This document shows, in pieces, positions 46,924 to 56,226 of a stretch of 64,000 bases of DNA (the first letter of the stretch is position 1; each line of letters opens with the position of its first letter). Origin of the DNA: a bacterium (GTDB lineage: Bacteria > Patescibacteriota > Saccharimonadia > Saccharimonadales > UBA4665); assembly GCA_021783725.1 (NCBI GenBank), contig JAJXTN010000004.1, positions 12,178 to 76,177 of the forward strand, read 5' to 3'. The translations under genes and the position numbers were made by a program. Below the pieces are notes generated by a model. The model saw only the letters and a list, made by a program, of their open reading frames with translations, did not search any database and had not been told where the DNA came from.

Positions 46924-48654
46924 ATGGAACGATTGTTGTCCAAGATAAATAATCTCGAGCCTTGGCAAGTCACTTGCGTCATATTCGTCTTAGGTTTTAT
47001 AGTATTTTTTTCTGGCCTAAATGGTGGGTTCCAAGGCGATGATGCGTTTCAAATCGTAAGTAATACACCGGTGCATTCATTTTCCAACGTTGGGCATTTC
47101 TTTCAATCAGGTACTTTCTATAACGGTTACCAACTTACTGGCGACTATTACAGACCAATGATGTCGACTTTATTCTCAATAATATATACACTATTCGGTC
47201 CTCACCCAATTGCATTCCATATCGTACAACTCGTTTTGTACCTTTCCGGGGCCTTTGTTCTATACCTGATTTTTAGACATTTCTTTAAACAACTCTTAGC
47301 TTTAGCGCTCGTCCTCATATTCGTCGTCCATCCGCTCAACTCTCAAGACGTATATGCTGTTCCATCTATGCAGGATGCGTTGTTCTTCTTATTTGGCACC
47401 CTCTCTATGTGGACACTTATTACTTACAAGTCGACGCGTAGCATGATATTGGCTGCAACCTTTTTGTTTTTGGCATTACTTTCCAAGGAGGCGGCGCTTG
47501 TATTTGTCGCTTTGGCTTTACTGTACTTATTTATATTTGACCGAAATAGATTATACAAATTTATTAAAATTATGGCTTTACCATTCATTATTTATTTTGC
47601 TCTCAAAGCTAATGCGGTGGGACTTGTCGGTAGACATCCTAATGGCGGGCCGATAGATAACTATGGCTTTTTTGAGCGCATATACACTATCCCGTCGCTT
47701 ATCACATTCTATGCATCAAAGTTTGTTTTTCCTCGACAGCTTGCCAATAACTACTATTGGGTATATTCAAGTTTTAGTGTCCGCCACGTACTACTCCCAC
47801 TATTGGCCGACTCAGCAATAATTGGAATGTTTATCTATCTAGGCTTCCGAGTGCGTCAAAGATTATCTAATGATAGTTTAAAGACTTATTTGTTTTTCAT
47901 GACCTGGGCAGTTCTCAGCCTCGGCATATACCTTCAATTTATACCCCTAGACATGACTGCTTGTGAGGGATGGTTCTACTTTTCTATGGCAGGACTACTC
48001 GGTGCTCTCGGTGTTATAGTACAAACTTTTAACTTAAAGTTAAGTCCAAACTCAATGGCACTACTTGTTGTTTTGTTGGTGGGTGTGCTTGGTGTGCAAA
48101 CGGCAGTACGAGGGACTAATTATCACAATCAATACACTCTGGCTGTCCACGATGTAAAAGTTTCCAAAGAGGATTACTTTGCCATGAACAACCTCTCTCA
48201 AACTCTTATCGACCAAAAACGATATCAGGAAGCTATCATATACGCCAAACAATCAATTAATATATACCCTGTTACTAATAACTTTAACAACCTTGGTGTG
48301 GCCCTTGAGCAAATGGGTAATTATTCTGCCGCACAAACTGCGTATGAACAGGCTCTAAAATACGGTGAAATGGACATCATATACGAAAACCTAAGTTTGA
48401 TTCTCATGATGTATTCAACCCCGACATCGACTGAACAGTTTTTCCAAAAAGCCATTAATGCATACCCGCACGATTTTAAGCTATTGGTATATTACTCGCT
48501 TTTTCAAGGTGCTCAGGGTCATACAGATATTGCGAAAACTTATATATCAACTGCTACCAAGTATGGAAATGTTCCGGCCTTGATATACGACAACATCATA
48601 AGCGATCGACCGTTCTCAATTCTTTTACTCGGCAAGACTCTATTGGTCAAATAG
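46924..48654 (+). CDS. TMTC-like GT-C membrane glycosyltransferase with C-terminal TPR repeats
   Basis: FQGDDAFQI (DD motif), YYRPM, FVVHPL, ALLSKE, ~11 TMs, TPRs NNLGVALEQMGNYSAAQTAYEQAL. Confidence 0.82.
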   Translation: MERLLSKINNLEPWQVTCVIFVLGFIVFFSGLNGGFQGDDAFQIVSNTPVHSFSNVGHFFQSGTFYNGYQLTGDYYRPMMSTLFSIIYTLFGPHPIAFHIVQLVLYLSGAFVLYLIFRHFFKQLLALALVLIFVVHPLNSQDVYAVPSMQDALFFLFGTLSMWTLITYKSTRSMILAATFLFLALLSKEAALVFVALALLYLFIFDRNRLYKFIKIMALPFIIYFALKANAVGLVGRHPNGGPIDNYGFFERIYTIPSLITFYASKFVFPRQLANNYYWVYSSFSVRHVLLPLLADSAIIGMFIYLGFRVRQRLSNDSLKTYLFFMTWAVLSLGIYLQFIPLDMTACEGWFYFSMAGLLGALGVIVQTFNLKLSPNSMALLVVLLVGVLGVQTAVRGTNYHNQYTLAVHDVKVSKEDYFAMNNLSQTLIDQKRYQEAIIYAKQSINIYPVTNNFNNLGVALEQMGNYSAAQTAYEQALKYGEMDIIYENLSLILMMYSTPTSTEQFFQKAINAYPHDFKLLVYYSLFQGAQGHTDIAKTYISTATKYGNVPALIYDNIISDRPFSILLLGKTLLVK

Positions 48655-48713
48655 AACCTGCTTAAGCAATTTATTGTGCTACGATTAATGAAGTATTGGG
48701 TGTTTGGAGTTAC

Positions 48714-49439
48714 ATGGCATCGGTGATAAAAATTGAAAAATTGACGGTTGTGCTCGGGGGCAGGGTTGAAGCCCTGAAAGATGTTAATTTGGAGCTGTTT
48801 GACGATAAAATCGTCGGCATCATCGGGCCGTCAGGGGCCGGCAAAACAACGCTAATTCGGTCAATCGTCGGTCGCCAAAAACTTCAGCAGGGAAGTGTAA
48901 CGATTCTCGGTCTGCCGGCCGGATCACGAAAATTGCGCTCACAGTTAAATTACATGACTCAAGCCGTTTCAGTCTATGAAGACTTAACGGTCATCCAGAA
49001 TCTCCGCTATTTCGCGACCATGCGCGGGCTAAACCGCCAAACGGCCAACGACACAATTCCGACACTGCTGGCCGATATCGATATGACCAATCAAGCCAAT
49101 CAGCTGGTACACAGCCTGTCTGGTGGCCAAAAACAGCGCGTATCATTAGCTATCGCCCTGATTGGCCAACCAAAAATAATGGTCCTCGACGAACCAACTG
49201 TCGGGCTCGATCCCTTACTTAGGGACCAGATATGGCAATTATTCCACAAGCTTAAAGCTCGCGGTATCAGCATCATTATCACCAGTCACGCCATGGACGA
49301 AGCCGAGCGCTGTGAAGACCTCATATTAATCCGAAATGGCCAGATTCTAGCCCACGATTCACCCCAAGAACTATGTACTAAAACTGGCAGTAAAACCGTT
49401 GAGCAAAGCTTTTTGAAGCTAGTCGGAGACAAACGATGA
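48714..49439 (+). CDS. ABC transporter ATP-binding protein
   Basis: GPSGAGKTT, LSGGQKQR, VLDEPT, SH. Confidence 0.95.
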   Translation: MASVIKIEKLTVVLGGRVEALKDVNLELFDDKIVGIIGPSGAGKTTLIRSIVGRQKLQQGSVTILGLPAGSRKLRSQLNYMTQAVSVYEDLTVIQNLRYFATMRGLNRQTANDTIPTLLADIDMTNQANQLVHSLSGGQKQRVSLAIALIGQPKIMVLDEPTVGLDPLLRDQIWQLFHKLKARGISIIITSHAMDEAERCEDLILIRNGQILAHDSPQELCTKTGSKTVEQSFLKLVGDKR

Positions 49440-50170
49440 GTGTTCGCAAAACGTTCGCCACGGCGATTCGAGTCATCCAGCAATTACTGCATGACCCCCG
49501 AACTTTAGTATTAATATTGCTGGTTCCAGGAATACTTTTAACAATTCTGAAATACGTGTTTTATAACGATCAAGCTCGCTTTAATAATATTGCGCCGGAA
49601 ATACTAGGAATTTTCCCGCTGGTCATGATGTTCATCATCACGTCGATAGCCACAGTCCGCGAACGAACCGCCGGTACGCTCGATAGGTTGATGACATATC
49701 CGATGTCAAAGCTTGATTTTATCCTCGGTTACGCTCTGGCTTTCGCCGTCGTAGCTTTCGCCCAGGCCGTAATAGCTACTGGGGTGGTCTTGGGATTACT
49801 GAAAGTCACCGTCCAGGCGGGCGCTTTGCCGGTCATCATTTGTGCGGTTGTGGCGGCGTTATTGGGTACGGCGCTTGGTTTATTCATGAGTGCTTTTGCG
49901 ACCAGCGAATTTCAGGCTGTACAGTTCATGCCGGCCTTTATATTCCCTCAGTTATTGATTTGTGGCCTATTCGTTGCCCGTGATCAAATGGCACCATTCC
50001 TCCAAAAACTATCGAACATCATGCCCCTAACTTATAGTGTCGACGCTATGAAACAAGTCGCACACCACTCTGATTGGACGACCGAACTAACTAAAGACCT
50101 GCTGATTGTCGCTAGCTTCGGGGTTGTCGCTCTGATATTAGGTTCGGTGACGATTCGTCGCCAAGACTAG
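49436..50170 (+). CDS. ABC-2 type exporter permease
   Basis: RERTAGTLDRL, SEFQAVQF, PLTYSVDA; 4-nt overlap with the ATPase gene. Confidence 0.93.
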   Translation: MSVRKTFATAIRVIQQLLHDPRTLVLILLVPGILLTILKYVFYNDQARFNNIAPEILGIFPLVMMFIITSIATVRERTAGTLDRLMTYPMSKLDFILGYALAFAVVAFAQAVIATGVVLGLLKVTVQAGALPVIICAVVAALLGTALGLFMSAFATSEFQAVQFMPAFIFPQLLICGLFVARDQMAPFLQKLSNIMPLTYSVDAMKQVAHHSDWTTELTKDLLIVASFGVVALILGSVTIRRQD

Positions 50171-50364
50171 CAGTCAAGATTGTAGGAATATTTACAGCGC
50201 CGATTCAGTTAAGCAGGTTACTATAGTCGAGTAAGCTGCGGGAGGCTGACATGCAACACACATCTACGGAGACAAACTCTAGGTCACACACTAGGACTTG
50301 GTGGCGCCAGTACATACAGTACTAGTTGCCCATTCCGAACATCCATTCATATCTATTGACGATG

Positions 50365-51207
50365 CTATTTTATTATTTTTATCGGCCAAAGTTTTCGACT
50401 TTTAACTAGCGCAATTTCCATTGAGTAATAGACTATTTGCGACTGTAAATATATCCAGAACAATAGTCCTAGCGAAACAGCAAATGTACTATACAGTGCA
50501 TCGAGATTCTTGAGCACGCGACCCAATATGTAGGCCCCGAGTATTTGCATCGTCACCAGGCCGATGGCTGTAAATAGTGATGCCAGGTGTATTTCTTTGG
50601 TAGCGATTTTACCGACCAACACTAAGTTAAACAGCACGTTAAACACCAGATACAAGACAATGGCATCAGCAATATATGATAATAACCACCAAAATGGACT
50701 GTTGCCATAAGTGGCGACCGTACCAGTAATCCCAGCCGCAATGAATAAGCCTAAGCCCCCGAAAACAATCGTCGTGATGTCTTTGATGATCGAATTCGGA
50801 AAGCCCAACATGTGACTACGAGTAATACCCCAAACATGATTCGACCCATTACGAAACACCGAAGCGACTCCTCGAGCACCATACAGCAAGAACAACAAGC
50901 CGACCAATAAAGCCAAGCCATTTCGATGCAAGCTTTGAATATGGGTCGTTAATTGATTACCGAGTGTTGGAGAATTGCCAGTTAAAGCGTTGACGACATC
51001 GGTCTGTAAATGGAGGTTGTTGAAAGCCAGTATTTGTAAAATGGTCGTCGCTACCAATAGTAACGGGAATAGAGCCAGAAAACCGTAATAAGTTAGCAGG
51101 GCAGCTTGATTACCGGCTTGGTCGTCCCCGTACTTCTTGATAACGGCTATTGGAAAAGCCAGGACTGGATGTTTGGATTGGATATGGTCGAATTTTTGAA
51201 AGTTCAT
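50365..51207 (-). CDS. YihY/virulence factor BrkB family membrane protein
   Basis: AALLTYYGFLALFPLLL, YSTFAVSLGLLFWIY. Confidence 0.9.
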   Translation of the reverse strand: MNFQKFDHIQSKHPVLAFPIAVIKKYGDDQAGNQAALLTYYGFLALFPLLLVATTILQILAFNNLHLQTDVVNALTGNSPTLGNQLTTHIQSLHRNGLALLVGLLFLLYGARGVASVFRNGSNHVWGITRSHMLGFPNSIIKDITTIVFGGLGLFIAAGITGTVATYGNSPFWWLLSYIADAIVLYLVFNVLFNLVLVGKIATKEIHLASLFTAIGLVTMQILGAYILGRVLKNLDALYSTFAVSLGLLFWIYLQSQIVYYSMEIALVKSRKLWPIKIIK

Positions 51208-51313
51208 TTTAAGTAATTATACTTCTTAAACTTAAATTTAGTGAGAAACTTCACAGCATAGTTTAAGTCTCAAGTTAGATACTAATACTACCAGCTAAAA
51301 AGGAGAATCACCC

Positions 51314-51445
51314 ATGTCACACGAAGACGCTGAAACCCTAATGGACGAATTCGAAAAACAAGACGCTCGCAAAGCTAAGCACAGTTACATAACTCGCATG
51401 GAGCACAAACTATTTCGACGCGGACGAGTCAGAGCGACTAGATAG
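51314..51445 (+). CDS. Small protein (43 aa), below the ORF-track cutoff
   Basis: SD AAGGAG, then MSHEDAETLMDEFEKQDARKAKHSYITRMEHKLFRRGRVRATR*. Confidence 0.55.
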   Translation: MSHEDAETLMDEFEKQDARKAKHSYITRMEHKLFRRGRVRATR

Positions 51446-51449
51446 TTAG

Positions 51450-52145
51450 CTAGAAACGGATTCGGTCCATCAGCCGATCAATAGCGTCGTGGCTACGTTC
51501 TTCGAACGGCAGACGTGGCGTCAATATCTCGACAATCTGGTCAGATTGGTCGGCAGAGAAGTATATCGCCCTTAACGGCGAGAATCGTTTCAGGGGCATG
51601 AAAACCACGCTCATGAACGCACCTTCTTCGAGTATCGAAAAAGATCTGAACTCATCATATGGGTAATGTTTATCACCGATATCTACACCTGAACTACTCA
51701 ATTTATAGTGTTGCTCATTGGGCTGTCTAGATGCGTAATAACCCAGTAGCACCGCTCCGAAGATAACAAAGCCGGCGGTAATGAAGTCTTTGGTTAGAAA
51801 ATATAGAACCACCGAAACAACTATCGCCCCACCAGCTAAGGCACCGTACCAGCCCCGGGTTTTCTGATGAGAAATATACTCTGAGGCTGTCCAAGTGACC
51901 GAAACGTCTGTCTGATCTAGTTGAGTCGACTTGTCTTCGTGATAAAAGTTTGGCTCACCAGTTTCAGGACTAGCGGGTTGGCTGGATGTAGCAACTGGCG
52001 GCTGAGGAGCTGGTGGCAGCTCGGCAGGCGAGGCCGTAGCCGGCTCTTGAGTAGTTGGAGTTGTAGCGCCCGGTGAAACAACTACTCCTGGCAAATTATT
52101 AACTGCCGGTTGATCGTTCTGAGCACCATCTTGATTATCTGGCAT
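51450..52145 (-). CDS. Hypothetical membrane protein (Pro-rich N-terminus, 2 TM, small C-terminal beta domain)
   Basis: WTASEYISHQKTRGWY, 2 TMs, GVDIGDKHYPYDEFRSF; start MPDNQ follows TACAAT-7nt. Confidence 0.8.
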   Translation of the reverse strand: MPDNQDGAQNDQPAVNNLPGVVVSPGATTPTTQEPATASPAELPPAPQPPVATSSQPASPETGEPNFYHEDKSTQLDQTDVSVTWTASEYISHQKTRGWYGALAGGAIVVSVVLYFLTKDFITAGFVIFGAVLLGYYASRQPNEQHYKLSSSGVDIGDKHYPYDEFRSFSILEEGAFMSVVFMPLKRFSPLRAIYFSADQSDQIVEILTPRLPFEERSHDAIDRLMDRIRF

Positions 52146-52194
52146 AAGCATTATTGTACCGTACCGCAACGATTCGACCCAAAAAGCTTATATA

Positions 52195-54615
52195 TCACAG
52201 GTCGACCCGCCGGAAGAATTGACGTTTAACAATTTCCGAGGATAGCAAATACGTTAGCGTAATAGCGACAACTGACGTCAAAGCGGTCACCGATAGTGGA
52301 CCGAACCGGAAATAGTGGCCTAGTGGCCCTAAAGCCACGAAAAAGCCTAGAGCGATCGTCCCTAGCGTACTGAACATCAAGTACGGGCTTGGCGTGCTCT
52401 GAATGAATGGAATTTTGCGCGTCCGAATAACATACACTACTAATGTTTGAGTCATCATTGATTCTAGGAACCAGCCTGACTGAAACGACGCTTCGCCATA
52501 ATGGAACACGAAAAGTAGCATAGCGAAAGTCGTGAAGTCGAAGAAAGAGCTAAGCGGGCCAAACACCCACATGGCTTTCTTGAGAGAAGCAATCTTTAGT
52601 ACCCGAGGTTGTTTGAGACGTTCGGTATCGACATTATCGAGTGGTATTGCCAGCTGTGATGTGTCGTACAGCAGATTGGTTAACAATATCTGCGTCGCTT
52701 TCATCGGTAGAAAAGGCAAGAACATCGATCCGGCGGCCATCGAGAACATATTGCCAAAATTCGAGCCTAACGACATCATCAAGTACTTGATGGTGTTGGC
52801 ATAAGTTCGACGGCCTTCGATGACGCCGTCAATCAGACTTTTGAGACTTTTGCGCAATAGAATTAAATCAGCTGTGGCTTTGGCGATATCAACAGCATTA
52901 TTAACACTTATACCGATGTCCGCGGCTTTAATCGATGGCGCATCGTTAATGCCGTCACCAAGATAGCCAACTACGTGCTTATTGGCTTGTAAGGTTTCAA
53001 TGATTCGCAATTTCTGTTCAGGATTAACTCGCGCAAACACGTTAACCGTCTCGACAGCCGCACACAACTGTTTTTCCGACATTTTTTCAATCTCATTGCC
53101 GGATAACACCCCAGCAATCTCCAAACCAATGTCTTCAGCGATTTTGCGAGTGACTAGAGCGTTGTCGCCGGTCACTATTTTGACCGCAATCCCATAATCG
53201 CGGATTCGGTCGAGGGTTACTCGAACTGATTGTTTAGCCGGATCTAGGAAAGCCATGAAACCGATAAATGTCATTTTCTGTTCGACATCAGGTTCATAGT
53301 CGTCCTTGGTTACTACGTTACGAGTCGCTACTGCCAGAACCCTAAAACCTTCGGCACTGAGCGCTTCATACTCGGCTTGGACTTTGGCTTTAACGTCACT
53401 GAATGGTTGACCGTCAGCATACTCTACACAGATACGCATGATTTCTTCTGGTGCGCCTTTAGATACCAGCAATCGTCCCGTATCATGCTTAACTACCACT
53501 GACTCACGTTTGCGCTCAAAGTCATAAGGAATCTCGTCAACCTTATGATAGCCAGTCGTATTAACGGTTTTGAAAGATTGCACAGCCTTGTCGAGCGGGT
53601 TCTCGAACCCGGTAGTGAAAATACTGGCGATATACCCGTATAGCAACACTTTGTCGGACTCACTACCAAAACCATCAACATATCGAACCAGAGTAATTTT
53701 ATCTTCGGTAAGCGTTCCGGTTTTATCGGTACACAGCACATCCATAGAGCCAAGATTCTGGATTGAAGATAAACGCTTAATGATTACGCCGTGTTTGGCC
53801 ATTGCCAGTGAACCCTTGGTGAGATTGAGCGTAATGATTAGTGGCAATAGTTCTGGCGTTAATCCAACCGCCAAAGCCACACTAAACAAGAAAGCCTCAA
53901 GCGGGTTGTGCCTAAACATAATGTTGAACAAAAAGATGAACACCACCAAAGCCACTGTGACTTTAATGATTAGGACGCTAAACTCTTTGATTTCGCGGTC
54001 AAACTCAGTTGGCTTGTCGCGGGCCGAAAGATCACGCGCTATATGTGAAAATTTTGTGGCCGAGCCAGTCTGTTTGATCAGCATCAATCCTTCACCACTA
54101 GTAATGCTTGAACCTAGGTACAGTTGCGAGTTAACCGGTTTGGGCTGGGGAAATGATTCACCGTTAAGCGCGGCTTCGTTGGCATACAAATCTTTGCCCT
54201 CGATGACTTCACCATCGGCCGGAATAAGTTTACCGGCCACCAATTTCACCACATCGCCTGGCACCAGACTGGCCAACGGCAGACTGACCCACAAGCCATC
54301 ACGCAGGACTTCAGCTTCAACCCTGACCCGCTCTTTTAACTCTTCTGCGGCGTGCTCGGACTTGTAAGAATTAACAAAATTGAGAATGGTCGACACCATA
54401 ACAATGGTAGTGATAATCACAAAACTAATAATGTCGCCCATGAAAGCCGAAAGAATGGCGGCCAGCATCAGGATAATGACTAGTGGATTGGTAAAATTAC
54501 TTAGAAAAGCCAGTATCCCAGGTAGTCGAGTAGTCTCAACTAGTGTGTTGGGGCCATATTTGTTTAGTTGTTTGGTGGCATTAGCAGTTGTTAGGCCTTG
54601 AGTGTCTGTGTTCAT
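52195..54615 (-). CDS. mgtA: Magnesium-translocating P-type ATPase
   Basis: AVGLTPELLP, CTDKTGTLT, KGAPE, TGDN, GDGINDAP, SNFGNMFS, NLLYD. Confidence 0.93.
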   Translation of the reverse strand: MNTDTQGLTTANATKQLNKYGPNTLVETTRLPGILAFLSNFTNPLVIILMLAAILSAFMGDIISFVIITTIVMVSTILNFVNSYKSEHAAEELKERVRVEAEVLRDGLWVSLPLASLVPGDVVKLVAGKLIPADGEVIEGKDLYANEAALNGESFPQPKPVNSQLYLGSSITSGEGLMLIKQTGSATKFSHIARDLSARDKPTEFDREIKEFSVLIIKVTVALVVFIFLFNIMFRHNPLEAFLFSVALAVGLTPELLPLIITLNLTKGSLAMAKHGVIIKRLSSIQNLGSMDVLCTDKTGTLTEDKITLVRYVDGFGSESDKVLLYGYIASIFTTGFENPLDKAVQSFKTVNTTGYHKVDEIPYDFERKRESVVVKHDTGRLLVSKGAPEEIMRICVEYADGQPFSDVKAKVQAEYEALSAEGFRVLAVATRNVVTKDDYEPDVEQKMTFIGFMAFLDPAKQSVRVTLDRIRDYGIAVKIVTGDNALVTRKIAEDIGLEIAGVLSGNEIEKMSEKQLCAAVETVNVFARVNPEQKLRIIETLQANKHVVGYLGDGINDAPSIKAADIGISVNNAVDIAKATADLILLRKSLKSLIDGVIEGRRTYANTIKYLMMSLGSNFGNMFSMAAGSMFLPFLPMKATQILLTNLLYDTSQLAIPLDNVDTERLKQPRVLKIASLKKAMWVFGPLSSFFDFTTFAMLLFVFHYGEASFQSGWFLESMMTQTLVVYVIRTRKIPFIQSTPSPYLMFSTLGTIALGFFVALGPLGHYFRFGPLSVTALTSVVAITLTYLLSSEIVKRQFFRRVDL

Positions 54616-54708
54616 GATTATGCATTAACATTATAGCTTTAAGTCTCAAAAGCGTATGGTTATTAATTATCGCTCGCCATGCCCGTTCAAATCCCCCAAA
54701 AATGAATA

Positions 54709-54785
54709 GCCCTCCGTCGCTAAAGCTATGGAGGGCATCCTACTCGATAATATGTAAATCCTACGAAGCTTTAGCGAAGTAGGAT
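54709..54785. repeat. Pair of REP-like hairpins abutting the tRNA-Ser(GCT) 3' end
   Basis: GCCCTCCGTCGCTAAAGCTATGGAGGGC and ATCCTACGAAGCTTTAGCGAAGTAGGAT; loops CGCTAAAGCT / AGCTTTAGCG are reverse complements. Confidence 0.75.
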
Positions 54786-54877
54786 GGCGGAGAGGGAGGG
54801 ATTTGAACCCTCGCGGGGGATTGCTCCCCCCTATCGATTTAGCAAACCGACCCCTTCAGCCACTTGGGTACCTCTCC
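54785..54877 (-). tRNA. tRNA-Ser (anticodon GCT)
   Basis: GGAGAGGTACCCAAGTGGCTGAAGGGG-TCGGT-TTGCTAA-ATCGA, long variable arm, GGGTTCAAATCCC, CCA. Confidence 0.96.
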
Positions 54878-54921
54878 GTATCTGTTCGAGCAACCGTGTT
54901 ATTGTAACTCGTATTTTAATC

Positions 54922-55011
54922 TGGCGGAAGGGGTGGGATTCGAACCCACGGTACCATTGCTGGCACGACGGTTTTCAAGACCGTTTCCATCGACCACTCG
55001 GACACCCTTCC
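54922..55011 (-). tRNA. tRNA-Ser (anticodon TGA)
   Basis: GGAAGGGTGTCCGAGTGG...ACGGT-CTTGAAA-ACCGT, variable arm, GGGTTCGAATCCC, CCA. Confidence 0.96.
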
Positions 55012-55124
55012 ATAACAGAGGTAATTATATCTTTTCAGGCCTTATTCTCCAAACTTAAAAATGATTAATTACAGTTTACATACTCTTACAGTAGCTCAGG
55101 CCTAGCATCCGGCCACAATTCCTT

Positions 55125-55210
55125 GTCATCTTGAGCCCCACCTCTTAGGCTGGGGCAGGCTCCGTAGAAAGTTCTGTTTGAGTGGATCTCTCCATTTCAG
55201 TCGAGATGAC
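55125..55210. repeat. Family-A palindromic element
   Basis: GTCATCTTGAGC...GGATCTCTCCATTTCAGTCGAGATGAC; right arm matches the truB copy and the 19985 left arm. Confidence 0.85.
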
Positions 55211-55225
55211 AGTGAGACGGTGTTT

Positions 55226-55318
55226 GTCATTCCAGACTTGATCTGGAATCTAATCTTTAATGTAGCTGGAGCGCTTTGCGCCAAAACTGATTGGATCCCA
55301 GGTCAAGCCTGGGATGAC
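55226..55318. repeat. Family-B palindromic element
   Basis: Reverse complement nearly identical to 6162-6252. Confidence 0.9.
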
Positions 55319-55405
55319 TTGGAATTTAAGCTGTTCGATAATTGATAAATGTTTATTGTGAAATTATTTGTTAAATGTGAAATGACAATTGTATAAATAG
55401 CTTTA

Positions 55406-56071
55406 TTAGGGTTGGGCGAAGACCAAGGCTTCGACTCTTCTAGCACCGCTTCTACGTAATAATGTTGCCGCTGACTCAAGAGTCGAGCCAGTAGTCACAA
55501 CATCGTCGATCAACAAAATATTCGCATTATGGATACTGCCGACCCGGACAACTCTAAACGCCCCTTTCAGTTGAGCCAACCTTTGACTGCGTCGGGCACC
55601 GACTTGATGAGACTGATTGGTCCGCTTCAAACAGTTCACTAGCGGTTGACCTGATAACTTAGCTAACTCTCTGGCTAGCAAAACGGCTTGATCATAACCG
55701 CGACGGCGAATTCGACTGCTAGCGGTCGGCACCGGCACAATCACATAACTAACATCTGGGTCGATATTGCGAAACATACGCTTGGCCATTTGCTTAGTTA
55801 CTGCCTGGGCGCCATGAAACTTTAGATTCCAGACTACGTCTTTAGCCAAACCGGTATATATGGTAGCAACCCGGACACTGTACAGTCGACTGCTACTACG
55901 ACAAGGTCGGCAGGTGAGGGCTTGTGGTGACACTTTACGACAGCGATAACACCTTGGCGGAATGACTGGTAATTGATGATTACAGCTATCACAAAGCAAG
56001 CTACCTTCAGTCCGACAACCCAGACATTCATAAGGCGCTATTACAGACAGCAGTCGATCAAATATACTCAT
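55406..56071 (-). CDS. comF: ComF-family protein (double zinc ribbon + phosphoribosyltransferase)
   Basis: CLGC..CDSC..CYRC..CRPC, VPVP, RRRGYDQA, LLIDDVVTTGSTL; track start 56113. Confidence 0.92.
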   Translation of the reverse strand: MSIFDRLLSVIAPYECLGCRTEGSLLCDSCNHQLPVIPPRCYRCRKVSPQALTCRPCRSSSRLYSVRVATIYTGLAKDVVWNLKFHGAQAVTKQMAKRMFRNIDPDVSYVIVPVPTASSRIRRRGYDQAVLLARELAKLSGQPLVNCLKRTNQSHQVGARRSQRLAQLKGAFRVVRVGSIHNANILLIDDVVTTGSTLESAATLLRRSGARRVEALVFAQP

Positions 56072-56107
56072 GTTGTGATTAATGTGTTGTAAATAAGTGA
56101 GGGCAAG

Positions 56108-56137
56108 TTGCACTCTCTTAACGACCTAAGCTATACT
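56108..56137 (+). promoter_or_regulatory. Probable sigma70 promoter of the Hsp20 gene (TTGCAC-18-TATACT)
   Basis: Read directly upstream of 56227. Confidence 0.55.
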
Positions 56138-56226
56138 GTTGATAACACAAAAATGCAAGACTCTTATCACTGATTCCTTAACTATTTAAGGATGACGTTG
56201 CATTAATCAATTGGAGGGTAACAACT

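Noticed and set aside
50251..50325. 24-aa ORF MQHTSTETNSRSHTRTWWRQYIQY with GGGAGG SD
   Set aside because: Too short and featureless to support without conservation or translation data.
53570..54367. 265-aa + strand ORF and the many other ORFs antisense to or nested in pnp, polA, rpoD, argS, groL, valS, mgtA and the VirB6-like gene
   Set aside because: Shadow frames of well-supported genes; no motifs or start signals.
54616..54700. Mg2+ riboswitch or leader peptide for mgtA
   Set aside because: A TATAAT lies only 14 nt before the ATG; no M-box-like structure or Pro-rich leader seen.
54784..55068. ORFs 54784-55068, 54864-55058, 43814-44107 and 43976-44200
   Set aside because: They overlap tRNA genes; translations such as AEREGFEP and PTGFEPTT are typical tRNA antisense artefacts.
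56107..56134. CIRCE upstream of Hsp20
   Set aside because: Only the left arm (TTGCACTC) resembles the consensus; better explained as a -35 box.
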